Shown here: one piece after another, positions 18,523 through 28,629 of the stretch
Numbering within the stretch: position 1 is the first letter of the stretch
How the letters are laid out: each line of letters opens with the position of its first letter
From: a virus
Reading direction: 5' to 3' (one strand)
DNA: 64,000 nucleotides
IMG/VR virus record: IMGVR_UViG_3300049460_000150
Location: 1-64,000 of that record
Program-made: the position numbers and the translations under genes
Notes under the pieces: model-generated
The model's input: only the letters and a program-made list of their open reading frames with translations
What the model was told of the DNA's origin: nothing
Database searches by the model: none

Positions 18523-19695
18523 TTAGGCCATTTTGTAGGCCGAAGCCTTGTGAACCGTGGCGGTCTTGTCGTCGCCGGTGCCAGCGTCAGTGCCTTGGGC
18601 CTTACCGCCGCCGAATGCTGCCGAGAGTTTATCACGGTTGACATCGATGGAGGCCGTCAGCTCGGCAAAAGTTGCGGTTTCCGGCAGCACGGCCACGCCT
18701 GCCGCCACGCTCAGGCGGTCGGCTTCTTTACGCACGTAGGCCAGTTGGGTTTTCATGGCGTCGGTGGCAGCGGCCAGATCGGTGACAGCCTTGGTCGCGT
18801 CAGCAGGCACAGCGGCCAGCTTGGCGGTCAGGTCGTTGACCTGGGTTTGCAATGCGGCTTTGGCCGTGGTCAGCTCGGCGTTGGCAGCGGTCAGGGTCGT
18901 CACCTGATGCAGCGCGACAGCTTTGTCTGCGGTCAGATTCGCGTTGAGCGTTACGAGTTCTTTGATTTCCATCTTTTGCTCCGGTTTCGTCGGTTGGGTC
19001 AGTGGGGATTGAGCGAATAATACAGTGGCTTCGGGACTAACGCCAGTGGCCGCTAGTTTCTCATACGCTTCGTTGCCCATCAAGGACTTCGTGCGCGAAA
19101 GAATCTTGGCATTCTTGGCCGCGCCGAGCGAGACCAGCGAGGTCTCAAGCCAGCGGGCCATGCCGGACAGGATAACGTGCGTGCCGTCCTTGCCGATTTC
19201 GTGACCCTCGTTGCAGACGAGTCCATAGATGTTGTCAGAGGTCGCTTCCGCGCCCAAGTAATCGAAGCCGCAAACCGAGCAGTTGAGGTGCTGGGTTGTG
19301 AGGCCCACCGAGACCTCTTCGATGGAGCCGGTGTCAACGCCAGAAACCAGAGGGGCTTGTGTGTTATCGATGAAGAACTGGGCGCGCAGCTCAGGAAGGC
19401 CCTGTTCATTGGTGATCTTTTCACCGTCGAAAACGCGACCCACAGGCAGCTCGTAACCTTGCTCATGCAGCGTGTGCAAAGGCACGAAGCCGCCGCCGTG
19501 TACAAAGTCAGCCATTTCCTGAAGCGTGGCTTCAGTGGTCGTGGCACCATTAAACAGGCCACGCTTATTGATAGGCAAAGTGTTCAGCGCTATGGTCTCG
19601 AACACGCTGACTTTTGAGGTGTCGAATTCGGCATCGCCGGTAGATTTAACAATGGCGGCGCGAATCGACGGGGTGATAGTGAGGGCTTTTGGCAT
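18523..19695 (-). CDS. Prohead protease/scaffold fusion
   Basis: N-terminal LH...LPVGRVF and EVSVG protease-type motifs with a CSVC insert; coiled-coil C-terminus. Confidence 0.75.
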   Translation of the reverse strand: MPKALTITPSIRAAIVKSTGDAEFDTSKVSVFETIALNTLPINKRGLFNGATTTEATLQEMADFVHGGGFVPLHTLHEQGYELPVGRVFDGEKITNEQGLPELRAQFFIDNTQAPLVSGVDTGSIEEVSVGLTTQHLNCSVCGFDYLGAEATSDNIYGLVCNEGHEIGKDGTHVILSGMARWLETSLVSLGAAKNAKILSRTKSLMGNEAYEKLAATGVSPEATVLFAQSPLTQPTKPEQKMEIKELVTLNANLTADKAVALHQVTTLTAANAELTTAKAALQTQVNDLTAKLAAVPADATKAVTDLAAATDAMKTQLAYVRKEADRLSVAAGVAVLPETATFAELTASIDVNRDKLSAAFGGGKAQGTDAGTGDDKTATVHKASAYKMA

Positions 19696-19752
19696 GATGT
19701 TCGCAATCTTACTCTAAGGGTTTATAGGAGGCAAAAGGTTTTATTTCAACCA

Positions 19753-21234
19753 CTACTTGACCTTGTTGGCCCCTGCATTGTTGTCACGGGCCGGTGCGCC
19801 CTTCTCCTTGGTCTTGGCGGCGCGCTCGGTGGGGCTGTTGCCCTGGTCCGTGGTGGAGCTGGAGGGCGCGGCACCCGTGGCTGGGTCCAGGAAGTTCGTA
19901 CCGCTCAGGACCGGAGCGCCTGGAGGTGGCAAACGACCATACATTTCGAGGTGATATTCTTCGTCAGTGATGATGCCTAAACTGAGGTCGTTTTTCAGGC
20001 GCGTGGCCTTCATGGATTTGTTAGGCTCCAGCTCCGTTTCAGGGCGCAGTTCCACGTCGTCAAAAGTGCATTCAACATAGCTCTCCGAACCTTGCAGGCG
20101 CAGGCCCAGTGTGAAAGCTTGGCTCAGGAGGTCGGCGATTGGCTTGTTGATGGCCTGGGCGTTGAGCGAGAAAACACGCGCTTCAACAGTCGCGGTATTC
20201 ACGCCGGTCGTGCCACGGCCAATGATCGTCGCCATCGTGCGCAAACCAGCTTGGTTCTGCGCGTTCAAAGTGTTGATGATGGAGTCGATGTTCAAGGTCA
20301 TGGCCGACTTCTCGTTCATGGTCTTGGCTTCCACCGCGTCGTAGTGGACGAAAGCTTGATCCGACTTGATCGAGTTAATCTTCGACGTTATACCAGCCAG
20401 AGCCGAGTCCAAGAACTGCCGCGTTTTCACGGGGTCGATCTTAACGTCTGGCGGTGCGCTTTTCATCACTACTTCTTCCAGCACTTTAACGTCCAGGCGC
20501 GGGAAGCCGGTGATGTTCATGATGCGGTACAAATCGTTGATGACTTGTTGACGCGCCGCGATGGTATTAATCGCGCTGACAAACGGACTGTAGGTATAGA
20601 CGTTTGTTGGGTCCTTGCGGAACCATGTGCAAAAGAACTGCGGGATGTCGAGCGAGATGATATCGCCGCTCAATGCGCGCTGCTGCGGAGTGAACTGGGC
20701 GGGGGCCTTCTCAAACCACTCGATCTTTCCCATGTCTACTTGCCGCAATTCCATCGGCAAAAACTCCTTGCTGATGACCAGCTCTGCGCCGATACCTCCG
20801 CGCAGCAAAATCATGTAGCGCAGGTCCTCCGCGATAGCCTTCATCGACTTGACGTTTTTGTAGCCTTTGGAATAGTCGAAACGCTTGGTCAGAGCATTGA
20901 CAAGTTGCGCCATCATTTCCTGGCCTGGACGATCCACCTGTCCGTTGACATCCTTGACCAGATAACGGAAGGGGGTATCCGCCACGGTTAAGAAGGCGTT
21001 GACGGACGCGCTCATGTCCGGGTCCGTACGGAACAAATCCTGGAGCAGCGCACGGCTGTCCAGGCTTGTCCGGCTGGTGAAGATGTCGGTGAGGTGTTCC
21101 CGGTAGGCCGGGAGCGACAAGATGTTGTTGGTAGCCGAAGGGTTAAAGGTCGAGGTGGTTGCTACGCCTTTGTCGTTCCCCTTCTTGCCTGGGAGTAGGA
21201 CCTTTAACCGATTAACGAGTGAGTTGGTTGCCAT
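19753..21234 (-). CDS. Portal protein
   Basis: 493 aa directly after the large terminase gene and before the protease. Confidence 0.8.
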   Translation of the reverse strand: MATNSLVNRLKVLLPGKKGNDKGVATTSTFNPSATNNILSLPAYREHLTDIFTSRTSLDSRALLQDLFRTDPDMSASVNAFLTVADTPFRYLVKDVNGQVDRPGQEMMAQLVNALTKRFDYSKGYKNVKSMKAIAEDLRYMILLRGGIGAELVISKEFLPMELRQVDMGKIEWFEKAPAQFTPQQRALSGDIISLDIPQFFCTWFRKDPTNVYTYSPFVSAINTIAARQQVINDLYRIMNITGFPRLDVKVLEEVVMKSAPPDVKIDPVKTRQFLDSALAGITSKINSIKSDQAFVHYDAVEAKTMNEKSAMTLNIDSIINTLNAQNQAGLRTMATIIGRGTTGVNTATVEARVFSLNAQAINKPIADLLSQAFTLGLRLQGSESYVECTFDDVELRPETELEPNKSMKATRLKNDLSLGIITDEEYHLEMYGRLPPPGAPVLSGTNFLDPATGAAPSSSTTDQGNSPTERAAKTKEKGAPARDNNAGANKVK

Positions 21235-22991
21235 GTGGGGGATACCTTATTGGAGCTGGAAGAACCAGCGTGGATACCGATCAATTTCGAATCATTGTAC
21301 CCGCCAAAGACGGCACCAGCAATTGCAATAGAGGTTTGCACCGCCGAATTCAGCCCCATGTCAAGCGCGATGTAGGCCACAGCCGTGAGCATGAAGCCCG
21401 CCGCGTGGAAGATGTGGTCTTGCGAGTCGAGCTTGCGCCAGACGGCAGGCTGTTCCGGCTGTTCGTCGCGCACCATATTGCGCAAATGCGTGACGATATC
21501 GTTCTCCAATGTCCCGTATCCGCTGAAGGAAATGTATTGGCCGCGAATAGCCGCTGCAACCTTATCCAGAAGCATGGTTCTATTCGCCTGCAAATACAGC
21601 ACTTTTCCGAGCGGGTCTTTGACGACATTAATCTCCTTGTCACCACGGTATTCGCAAGGCAGGATTCGACCGTGGGTTGCCTCACGAATTGCATCAGCCG
21701 TATTGCTCTCAGGATGTCGGTCGCAAAGACCGCCCATTACGTTGTAGGCGTTGCACAGCTCTTTGGCTCGATCCACGATGCGGCCAACAGGGCAGGTTTC
21801 GACCATGACCACTTGCATGGCTTCGATGCTATAACCCTGGCCGACAGTGATCGTGCAAAAGTGGCCCATGTCGATGCCTACCCAGGTCGGCACATGCTTG
21901 TTGATCGTTGGTATCTGCGCCATGCCGGTGATGCACGCCTTGATGGAGGCTTCTGAGATGCGCGCCGTGGAGCTATCTTCAGGCTCGCCCAGGATGGTGT
22001 TTTTGAAGCGGCGAATGGTCTGCCCCTTCTTCTTCATATCGACCAGCTCAAGGATCACGTCGCGTGGTGGGCGAGTGGACACGGAAAACGGGTTCACGCG
22101 ACGGCCCCGTGCATACTGGCGGCTTGGGTATTTGGCGACCCATGCGCGGTTCGATTCACGGCCCAGGTCCAGCGGGGCGCGGCAGCGCTCGCAGCAGACG
22201 TAAGAAGCCTCCAGATCGATCTTGAAATGTTCGATGGTGCTTTGGTCCAGTTCCGTCAGCGACTCCAGGCCCGATGGGAGGCCAGGGAGGTGGATGAACT
22301 TTTCTTCGAAAAGAGGGAACTGCCAGTGGTTGCAGGCGTCACACTTAATCAGGTACTCCATCTGGTCGCTGTTTTCGTACAGCGCATGGATGCCATATTG
22401 CGTGAAAGTCGGCGTACTAAAGTAGCGCTTGATCTTCCAGTCGGAATTCAGCAGACGCGAGCTGAAAAGGCCAGCGATGTCCATGTCGTGCAAATCGTAC
22501 TCATCCAGGAACACGAAGTCGGCGTCGGTGGAGGTGGCATCGCCCTCCTTGGAACCCGTCATATATAAGAAGGACTGATTGATCTGCAAAAGCTGGATCG
22601 AACGCACCGGCTTGTTGCTGCTGGTGGTCTGCTTATTAAATATGTCAGTGTCCTCCACCATGGGCATCACGCGGGTCTGCACGTTCTTCTTGCGCATGTC
22701 GTCGTCTGGGTAGGCGTAGATGCCTTTGGTGTTGCGATGACGCGCCAGGAAGGCCAGGGCGGCGCGCTGGAAAATCTCCGACACACCCACCTGGGAAGGC
22801 TTGATCGTCGCCGAGTTGCGGTGGTCGTCGTCAACCAGGGCGCGCTGGAAGGGGTAGCGGTTGAACGAGAAGGGCTTGCCCTTCAAGGTCGTGTTTTTGC
22901 ACAGCCATTCGCTGGTCAGCATGTCCGACGCTTCGATAGCAAAGCGGCTGACAAACAGGTTGTAGAGTTCTTGGGAGTATTGATTAGCCAT
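21204..22991 (-). CDS. terL: Terminase large subunit, lambda gpA-type
   Basis: IKPSQVGVSE (gpA-type Walker A), FVFLDEYD (Walker B), STPT, CDAC...CERC zinc motif, VGIDMG nuclease motif. Start moved to MANQYS (22991). Confidence 0.92.
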   Translation of the reverse strand: MANQYSQELYNLFVSRFAIEASDMLTSEWLCKNTTLKGKPFSFNRYPFQRALVDDDHRNSATIKPSQVGVSEIFQRAALAFLARHRNTKGIYAYPDDDMRKKNVQTRVMPMVEDTDIFNKQTTSSNKPVRSIQLLQINQSFLYMTGSKEGDATSTDADFVFLDEYDLHDMDIAGLFSSRLLNSDWKIKRYFSTPTFTQYGIHALYENSDQMEYLIKCDACNHWQFPLFEEKFIHLPGLPSGLESLTELDQSTIEHFKIDLEASYVCCERCRAPLDLGRESNRAWVAKYPSRQYARGRRVNPFSVSTRPPRDVILELVDMKKKGQTIRRFKNTILGEPEDSSTARISEASIKACITGMAQIPTINKHVPTWVGIDMGHFCTITVGQGYSIEAMQVVMVETCPVGRIVDRAKELCNAYNVMGGLCDRHPESNTADAIREATHGRILPCEYRGDKEINVVKDPLGKVLYLQANRTMLLDKVAAAIRGQYISFSGYGTLENDIVTHLRNMVRDEQPEQPAVWRKLDSQDHIFHAAGFMLTAVAYIALDMGLNSAVQTSIAIAGAVFGGYNDSKLIGIHAGSSSSNKVSPTWQPTHSLIG

Positions 22992-23052
22992 GGCGTCGAT
23001 TATAGCAGCGAAAAATATCTCATAAATGAGAGGTTTGGGACGAAAAAGCATA

Positions 23053-23069
23053 GGATGATACTATCATCC
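23053..23069. promoter_or_regulatory. 17-bp palindrome GGATGATACTATCATCC in the divergent terL intergenic region
   Basis: 8-bp arms around one central base; identical copy at 29704-29720. Confidence 0.7.
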
Positions 23070-23131
23070 ATATTGCGCCTAGGGTGCCTGTAACGTACAC
23101 TCTTTTCTCCAACTAAATAGGCGAGAAAAAC

Positions 23132-23662
23132 GTGTCCAATCCCAACGATTACCTCTACCCCGATGTGAGTGTCCAGAACCTCCGCTTTGTTGAGGTCATG
23201 CGCCGCCTGCATAAAGAACACCCAGACTATTTCACGAACCAGCGCTGCCCGTACCCCAACGAGGTCGAACGCTACTTCCGCTCCTGGTTCGACACGTCCG
23301 TGCGCCCTGCTGGCCGCCCTGCTGGCCGCGATATGGGGGCCGACTACGGCGACTCCTACGACCCTCGCGCCGACGCCCTGCTGGGCGAGGACAAATGGGA
23401 CGCTCTATATAGAGAGGTGGTCGAGCTGTACGCCTCCCTGAAAAACGCCAAACCATCGGCTGGCGACTCGTCCGAAAGCATGGCCTACTTCCGCACGGCA
23501 ACGGGCCTGCTGGATAAGCTGGTCGGCCACCAGGAACGGTGCCTGGGCATCAAGCAGGTTGCCGAGTTCCACAAAGTAGTGCTGGACATCATGGAAGGCG
23601 TGCTTTCCGAAGACCAGCGCAACAAGGTCATGTCCCTGCTTAAAGATTCCATCAAGAACTGA
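23132..23662 (+). CDS. Hypothetical protein (candidate small terminase subunit)
   Basis: 176-aa helical ORF divergent from terL; no other TerS candidate is nearby. Function is inference only. Confidence 0.55.
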   Translation: MSNPNDYLYPDVSVQNLRFVEVMRRLHKEHPDYFTNQRCPYPNEVERYFRSWFDTSVRPAGRPAGRDMGADYGDSYDPRADALLGEDKWDALYREVVELYASLKNAKPSAGDSSESMAYFRTATGLLDKLVGHQERCLGIKQVAEFHKVVLDIMEGVLSEDQRNKVMSLLKDSIKN

Positions 23663-23678
23663 TACTAGAAAGAGCCTT

Positions 23679-26120
23679 ATGTCTATCGAAACCCCTACCA
23701 TCTTCGCCTCCACCGCCCCTGCGTATTTCGCTGCTGGAATGTCCGTAATTCCACTGCACGTCCGCGAGAAGAAACCAGTGCCAAACGACTGGTCCATGTT
23801 CCACGATTTGTTGCCTGCCAAGGAGCTGCAAAACCAGTGGTTGGCTGGCAATCCAAACTCCAACATTGGTCTGGTCCTGGGCCGTCAGTCCGGCGTGACC
23901 ATGATCGACATCGACACGGACGATGAAAAAATCTACTCCGCCATCATGGGTTGTCTGCCTCATTCGCCATGGCATCGTCGTGGTAAAAAAGGCATGATGA
24001 TCGCCTTCAAATTCAGCGGACATAAGACCTTCCGAATCAAGAATATGTCTGGTCAAACCATGGTCGAGTGTTTGTCGTCCAGGACCCAGTGCGTTTTACC
24101 CCCATCGATCCACCCAGAAACGCAGCAGCCATACACGTCAAACTGCGAGCTGATAGATGTCGTCGGAAATCTGCACAATCTGCCCACCGATATCGAAGAT
24201 ATGTTACGCACGGCCATCAAGGCTGCGGGCGTGGACCTTTCTCACTCCGGCTGGAGCCGTGTTACTGACTACGTTTCGAGCGGGTCGCGGGACACGACGC
24301 TGACCGAGATGGCTGGCCTCTTCGCTTTCGCCGTTGTTCGTGGCGAAAGGACGCTGAAGGAAGCCATTGGTATGCTCCAGGCGTATTACAACGAGTATAT
24401 CGAGACGGTTGCAGGCGACCAGATCGATGTTGAAAAGCACATTGAGAATCTGATTAAGTTCCTGCACCGCGACGTGCTGGATAAGGGCAAAGTCCTGCCC
24501 AAAGGGTGGGACGAAGGGTACAGCGCCGAAGATTTGACAAAAATGGGCGTGACTCTGGGCGTGGACCAGACCGAGTGGGCCTTCGATGAAGTCCGCAACT
24601 ATCTGAAGACCTGTTTTGAGACCTACGGCGCGGAAGGCAAGGAGCGCGGAGATGCGGTCGAGATCGTCTTGTCACGCATTGCCAAATCCAAGACCCTTTC
24701 CAAGATCGATGAAGACCGGCTGTTGCAGTATATCGTTGATGTCTCAGGTTTGGGCGTCAAGATCAGCACGTTGCGGGCGCGTCTGAAGGAGCTGCGCGCT
24801 GGAACTGTGCAGGGCAACGACCACAGCGAAATCGCCAGGGCTGTTCTGGCAGATTTGAGCCAGTACAATCTGGTGAGGTTCCACACCGGGAAGTTGATGA
24901 AGTGGGCAGGCTCCCACTGGGTCGAAATGGAGATGCACGCCATCAAGAGTTTGGTGTCGAACTCTTACGGTCACTTAGCCGCTTGCAAAAAGGCCAGCGA
25001 CATCAACGGTATCCTCCAAATTCTGATGTATATCGCCGAGCAGGGGATTCAGAAAAAAGTCGTCAAAGGAATTAACTTCGCCAACGGGTTTTTGACGCAG
25101 GAATTGAAGCTGATTCCCCATGAGCCAGACTTCGGCATGACTTATACGATGCCATTCCGCTACGTTCCAGAGGAAGCTGGACGCTTCCCGATGTTCGACG
25201 CCTTCCTTGCGCGGAGTTGGGGCGCGGACAAGGACTATATTGACAAGGTTATGGCGCTCCAAGAGGCCATGGCGGTGACGTTGTTCGGTCTCGGCTCCAT
25301 GTTTCAGCGTGCGATTCTGCTGCACGGTGCGCCGAAATCGGGCAAGACCCAGTTGTTGCGCATCATCGAGACCCTTGTACCAGCAGAAGCACGTACTTCG
25401 GTGCCGCCAAACCACTGGGATGACAAGTACATGCCAGGGCAGATGGTCGGCAAGATTTTGAACATCTGCGGCGAGCTGTCCGACAAGAAGCTTATCGACG
25501 GCCAATCCTTCAAGGACATCGTTGACGGGAGTGAGCGCAGTGGTCAGCACAAATATGGTGCCATTTTCAGCTTCCGTCCTTTGCTGACTCACTGGTTCGC
25601 CTCGAACCACATTCCGCGCACGGCGGATACGTCCAGCGGTTTCATTCGTCGGTGGCTGTTTTTGACGTTCCATTTCCCGGTACAAGATGGGGCCATTGTT
25701 GCAGACATTGGCGACATCATTGCAGCCCAGGAGCGCGAGGCCATTGTATCGTGGGCGGCGCAAGCAATGCCGCGTCTGTTGAAGAAGGGCGATTACACCA
25801 CGCCGGACAGTCACCGGATGCTAGTAAATGAGTTCGCAAATATGAACAACTCTGTCCGTTACTACATGCGTGAAAGTGGAAAGATTACTTTCGACCACGC
25901 GGGCCACGCGGCTAGTAAGCTTTTTGCCACAGAAATGTCGCTGTACAACTCCTACTGGGCTTTCTGTGCTGGCGCTGGTGGGCTGAAGCCGGTGGGCCAG
26001 CAACGTTTCCGGGCGATCATGCGTGAGCTGCAACCAGAGCTTGGCTTTAAGCTCGAAGTAGCCCAGACAACGCTGGGCGGAACCGAGGCAGTCTACCGTG
26101 GGATGTCTATACACGTATAG
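23679..26120 (+). CDS. Primase-polymerase fused to D5-like SF3 helicase
   Basis: Prim-Pol motifs (NIGLVLG, IDIDTD, VLPPSIHP), GSRDTTL PriCT-like segment, Walker A GAPKSGKT, FASNHIP. Confidence 0.9.
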   Translation: MSIETPTIFASTAPAYFAAGMSVIPLHVREKKPVPNDWSMFHDLLPAKELQNQWLAGNPNSNIGLVLGRQSGVTMIDIDTDDEKIYSAIMGCLPHSPWHRRGKKGMMIAFKFSGHKTFRIKNMSGQTMVECLSSRTQCVLPPSIHPETQQPYTSNCELIDVVGNLHNLPTDIEDMLRTAIKAAGVDLSHSGWSRVTDYVSSGSRDTTLTEMAGLFAFAVVRGERTLKEAIGMLQAYYNEYIETVAGDQIDVEKHIENLIKFLHRDVLDKGKVLPKGWDEGYSAEDLTKMGVTLGVDQTEWAFDEVRNYLKTCFETYGAEGKERGDAVEIVLSRIAKSKTLSKIDEDRLLQYIVDVSGLGVKISTLRARLKELRAGTVQGNDHSEIARAVLADLSQYNLVRFHTGKLMKWAGSHWVEMEMHAIKSLVSNSYGHLAACKKASDINGILQILMYIAEQGIQKKVVKGINFANGFLTQELKLIPHEPDFGMTYTMPFRYVPEEAGRFPMFDAFLARSWGADKDYIDKVMALQEAMAVTLFGLGSMFQRAILLHGAPKSGKTQLLRIIETLVPAEARTSVPPNHWDDKYMPGQMVGKILNICGELSDKKLIDGQSFKDIVDGSERSGQHKYGAIFSFRPLLTHWFASNHIPRTADTSSGFIRRWLFLTFHFPVQDGAIVADIGDIIAAQEREAIVSWAAQAMPRLLKKGDYTTPDSHRMLVNEFANMNNSVRYYMRESGKITFDHAGHAASKLFATEMSLYNSYWAFCAGAGGLKPVGQQRFRAIMRELQPELGFKLEVAQTTLGGTEAVYRGMSIHV

Positions 26121-26142
26121 AGGTCGGAAATGTTGCAGTTTT

Positions 26143-26168
26143 AGCCCGCTTTGGCGGGCTTTTTCTTT
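26143..26168 (+). terminator. Intrinsic terminator
   Basis: AGCCCGC-TTTG-GCGGGCT followed by TTTTCTTT. Confidence 0.8.
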
Positions 26169-26228
26169 GGGTAAAAGAAAGGTTACTTTCATGTACGAAA
26201 GGTTGAGCAATTTTCAATCAAAATACCC

Positions 26229-26256
26229 TTGACTTTGAGTGTGGATATGGTACATT
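26229..26256 (+). promoter_or_regulatory. Sigma70-like promoter
   Basis: TTGACT-N16-TACATT with an extended -10 TG. Confidence 0.55.
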
Positions 26257-26358
26257 GAAGGCTCACTCACTAGCAGAGTAATAGTAATGGTCAAAAACAG
26301 GCCACTTGTAGGGGGTCGTATCGCCACCCTTTAATCCACTTTTCCATAGGGGAAAATC

Positions 26359-27321
26359 ATGAGCACTTCTAGCATTCAACCAAGCCCACGCAAACCTTCC
26401 AAATCCACGAAGGCATCCGCGCTCCAAATTCCAGTTCCATCGACCCCAGCAAAAGGTCGTCGTAGTCAGGTATCACTCCCAGGCGAGGCACCGACCGGGG
26501 CAAAGCGTCCAAGCCCAGGCCAGCGCTCGCCCCGACTCAGTGGTATGCACGACCTGTCCTTCAACACATGCGTTAAAACGCTGTCTGGCATCACGATCTC
26601 GCGCCAGGGGCTTTTGCAACTGGAACTGGCCGTTGGTCTCGCCGTGTTCCTGGACTTCGGAGTTGCAGATCGTGCGGCCAAGACCATGCTGCAAGAAGTC
26701 TACTCAAAAGCGGGCTATGATTGTGCTGATTCGGCGGCCCCACACTATAAGACGGTCAATCGCCGGATTCAGGCCAGTGCGGCGCTGTTCGGCAAGATCA
26801 GCCTGGAGGTCCTAAACCACTGGGTAGACGGCAAGAAAGAGGGCAAGCTTTTGCAGGCCATCGCCCAGGAGATTGTGGAGTTTGGTTTCAAGTCCATGGA
26901 CGACGTTCTGGACCACGTTGGGCGCGCAAGCAATCGCGGGCCTGCCGTGGAGGGCCAGGAGGTTGGTGTCGCGGAGGCCGGTTCGGGCACTCGCGGCAGG
27001 AAGGCAAATACGGCCTTCGATATCCAGGTCGGAGACGACGTGGTTGTGCATCTGCCGCGCAAGCTGACGGAGGCAAATCTTGTCGAGCTGGCAACCAAAA
27101 TCATGGCGCTGGCCCAGGTGATCCACGACCAGGAGGCTGCTGCTAAGGCCCAGGAGGCGGCAGACGCAGCAGCGGGTCTGATAGCACCGCTGGAGGCCCA
27201 GGACGGCGCTCAGGCGGTTCTGGGCGGTCCAGAGGGCGAGGCTCCCCCGGCAGGCGCGGGTGTTGGCCCGCAGGACGTTGCCGGTGACGTAGTGGTTGTC
27301 GGGGGCCGGAAACGGCACTAA
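26359..27321 (+). CDS. Hypothetical protein, paralogue A of 27724..28548
   Basis: GGGGA RBS, own promoter and terminator; shares ELAV, AGYxC, YKTVNRR and GFxxxDDVLDxVG motifs with the next gene. Confidence 0.8.
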   Translation: MSTSSIQPSPRKPSKSTKASALQIPVPSTPAKGRRSQVSLPGEAPTGAKRPSPGQRSPRLSGMHDLSFNTCVKTLSGITISRQGLLQLELAVGLAVFLDFGVADRAAKTMLQEVYSKAGYDCADSAAPHYKTVNRRIQASAALFGKISLEVLNHWVDGKKEGKLLQAIAQEIVEFGFKSMDDVLDHVGRASNRGPAVEGQEVGVAEAGSGTRGRKANTAFDIQVGDDVVVHLPRKLTEANLVELATKIMALAQVIHDQEAAAKAQEAADAAAGLIAPLEAQDGAQAVLGGPEGEAPPAGAGVGPQDVAGDVVVVGGRKRH

Positions 27322-27349
27322 ACTGAAGACGCTTAGAGAGCGTTGGTTT

Positions 27350-27381
27350 GCCGGAGGGGTCTAGGCCCCTTCGGCTTTTTT
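27350..27381 (+). terminator. Intrinsic terminator
   Basis: GCCGGAGGGG...CCCCTTCGGC followed by TTTTTT. Confidence 0.75.
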
Positions 27382-27474
27382 ACGTTTATGGGCAGGAAAA
27401 CTTGGGCGGAATGTGCGGCAAGAAGGTGGGCAAGAAGGTGGACCTCTTTCTGGTAAGGGAGCGGCACCGTTTAA

Positions 27475-27521
27475 GGGGCCTGGAGAGGGGGCCTGGAGAG
27501 GGGGCCTGGAGAGGGGGCGGG
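27475..27521 (+). repeat. 13-bp G-rich tandem repeat (GGGGCCTGGAGAG)x3
   Basis: Read directly from the sequence; ends in GGGGGCGGG. Confidence 0.9.
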
Positions 27522-27723
27522 ATCAGGCCCGTTATATGGTGCAAAATGGTTGCAAAAATTTTTCAAAATTTTTTCCAAAACGTGAGACCTCTATACCCGA
27601 CCCAAGCCCTCGCCACAAGCTCAAAAAAGCCCTATACTCTTAGTCATGCAGTCAGGTAAAGCAAGGTCCCGGAAACGGGACCACGCAAGGCCCCTGCTAA
27701 CCCTATCAATCTGATATAAGGAA

Positions 27724-28548
27724 ATGACCATGAAAACCGCTGTCCAATCCACGCAAGGCCAAGGCACCACTACGTCCATCGACTATACCGTCCTGACGCT
27801 GGCAATCGCAAACGCTGCACTGTCGCGCCGCGCCGCGCTGCACATGGAGCTGGCCGTATCGCTGATTCACTTCACGCAAGAAACGGGCGGCACTGACGCG
27901 ACCGGCAAGGCCAACATGAAGGCCATCTACCATGGCGCGGGTTATCTGTGCATGGCTAAGAGTGACCGCGATTATAAAACGGTTAATCGTCGCTTGAATG
28001 CCATGGCTAAAGTGTTCGATAAAATCGGCTCCAGCACGGTCAACGAATGGATCGAGAACAAAGGCGATACAGATAGTATGCTCGCCTACGTGCAAACTGA
28101 ATTGCTGGCGTATGGCTTCGATACGTTGGATGATGTACTTGATTATGTTGGCGTAGAAACTAACAGAACCCGTGCGCCGCGCCAACCAGCCGCGCCGGTA
28201 GCAATCACGGTCCCGGAAACGGGACCAGCACCGGCAGCAGCAGCAGCGCCAGCGGTAGCAGTTCTGCCAACGTTCGACGCGGCACAAGTGCGCGCTGAAA
28301 TGATGGCTAACATGTCACCCGATGCGATCCGTGAATTCTGCGCGCAAATGCTGGCCGATGTCGCTGCACTGGAGCAAGCACAGATTGACGCTGAAACGGC
28401 AGCAGCAGCAGCGCCAGCAGCAGCAGCAGCAGCAGCAGCACCGGCAGCAGTCGTGCCGATGAATAGCAAGGCACGCAAACAGGCAAAGAAACAGGCGCAT
28501 ATCGCGGCGCAGCAGCAGCAGCAGCAGCAGCAGCGCGCAGCAGCATAA
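27724..28548 (+). CDS. Hypothetical protein, paralogue B, with poly-Ala/poly-Gln tail
   Basis: AAGGA RBS; shared motifs with 26359..27321; GCA/CAG triplet runs at 28399-28440 and 28510-28533. Confidence 0.8.
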   Translation: MTMKTAVQSTQGQGTTTSIDYTVLTLAIANAALSRRAALHMELAVSLIHFTQETGGTDATGKANMKAIYHGAGYLCMAKSDRDYKTVNRRLNAMAKVFDKIGSSTVNEWIENKGDTDSMLAYVQTELLAYGFDTLDDVLDYVGVETNRTRAPRQPAAPVAITVPETGPAPAAAAAPAVAVLPTFDAAQVRAEMMANMSPDAIREFCAQMLADVAALEQAQIDAETAAAAAPAAAAAAAAPAAVVPMNSKARKQAKKQAHIAAQQQQQQQQRAAA

Positions 28549-28629
28549 TGTGGCACGGTAGCGGTCCCGGAAACGGGACCGCATCGCAAGTAAATAACGG
28601 TCCCGTTAACGGGACAGGCACCGGAGGAA

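Noticed and set aside
27348-27659. ORFs 27348..27659 and 27413..27643
   Set aside because: They start in or near a terminator and consist of repeat-derived sequence.
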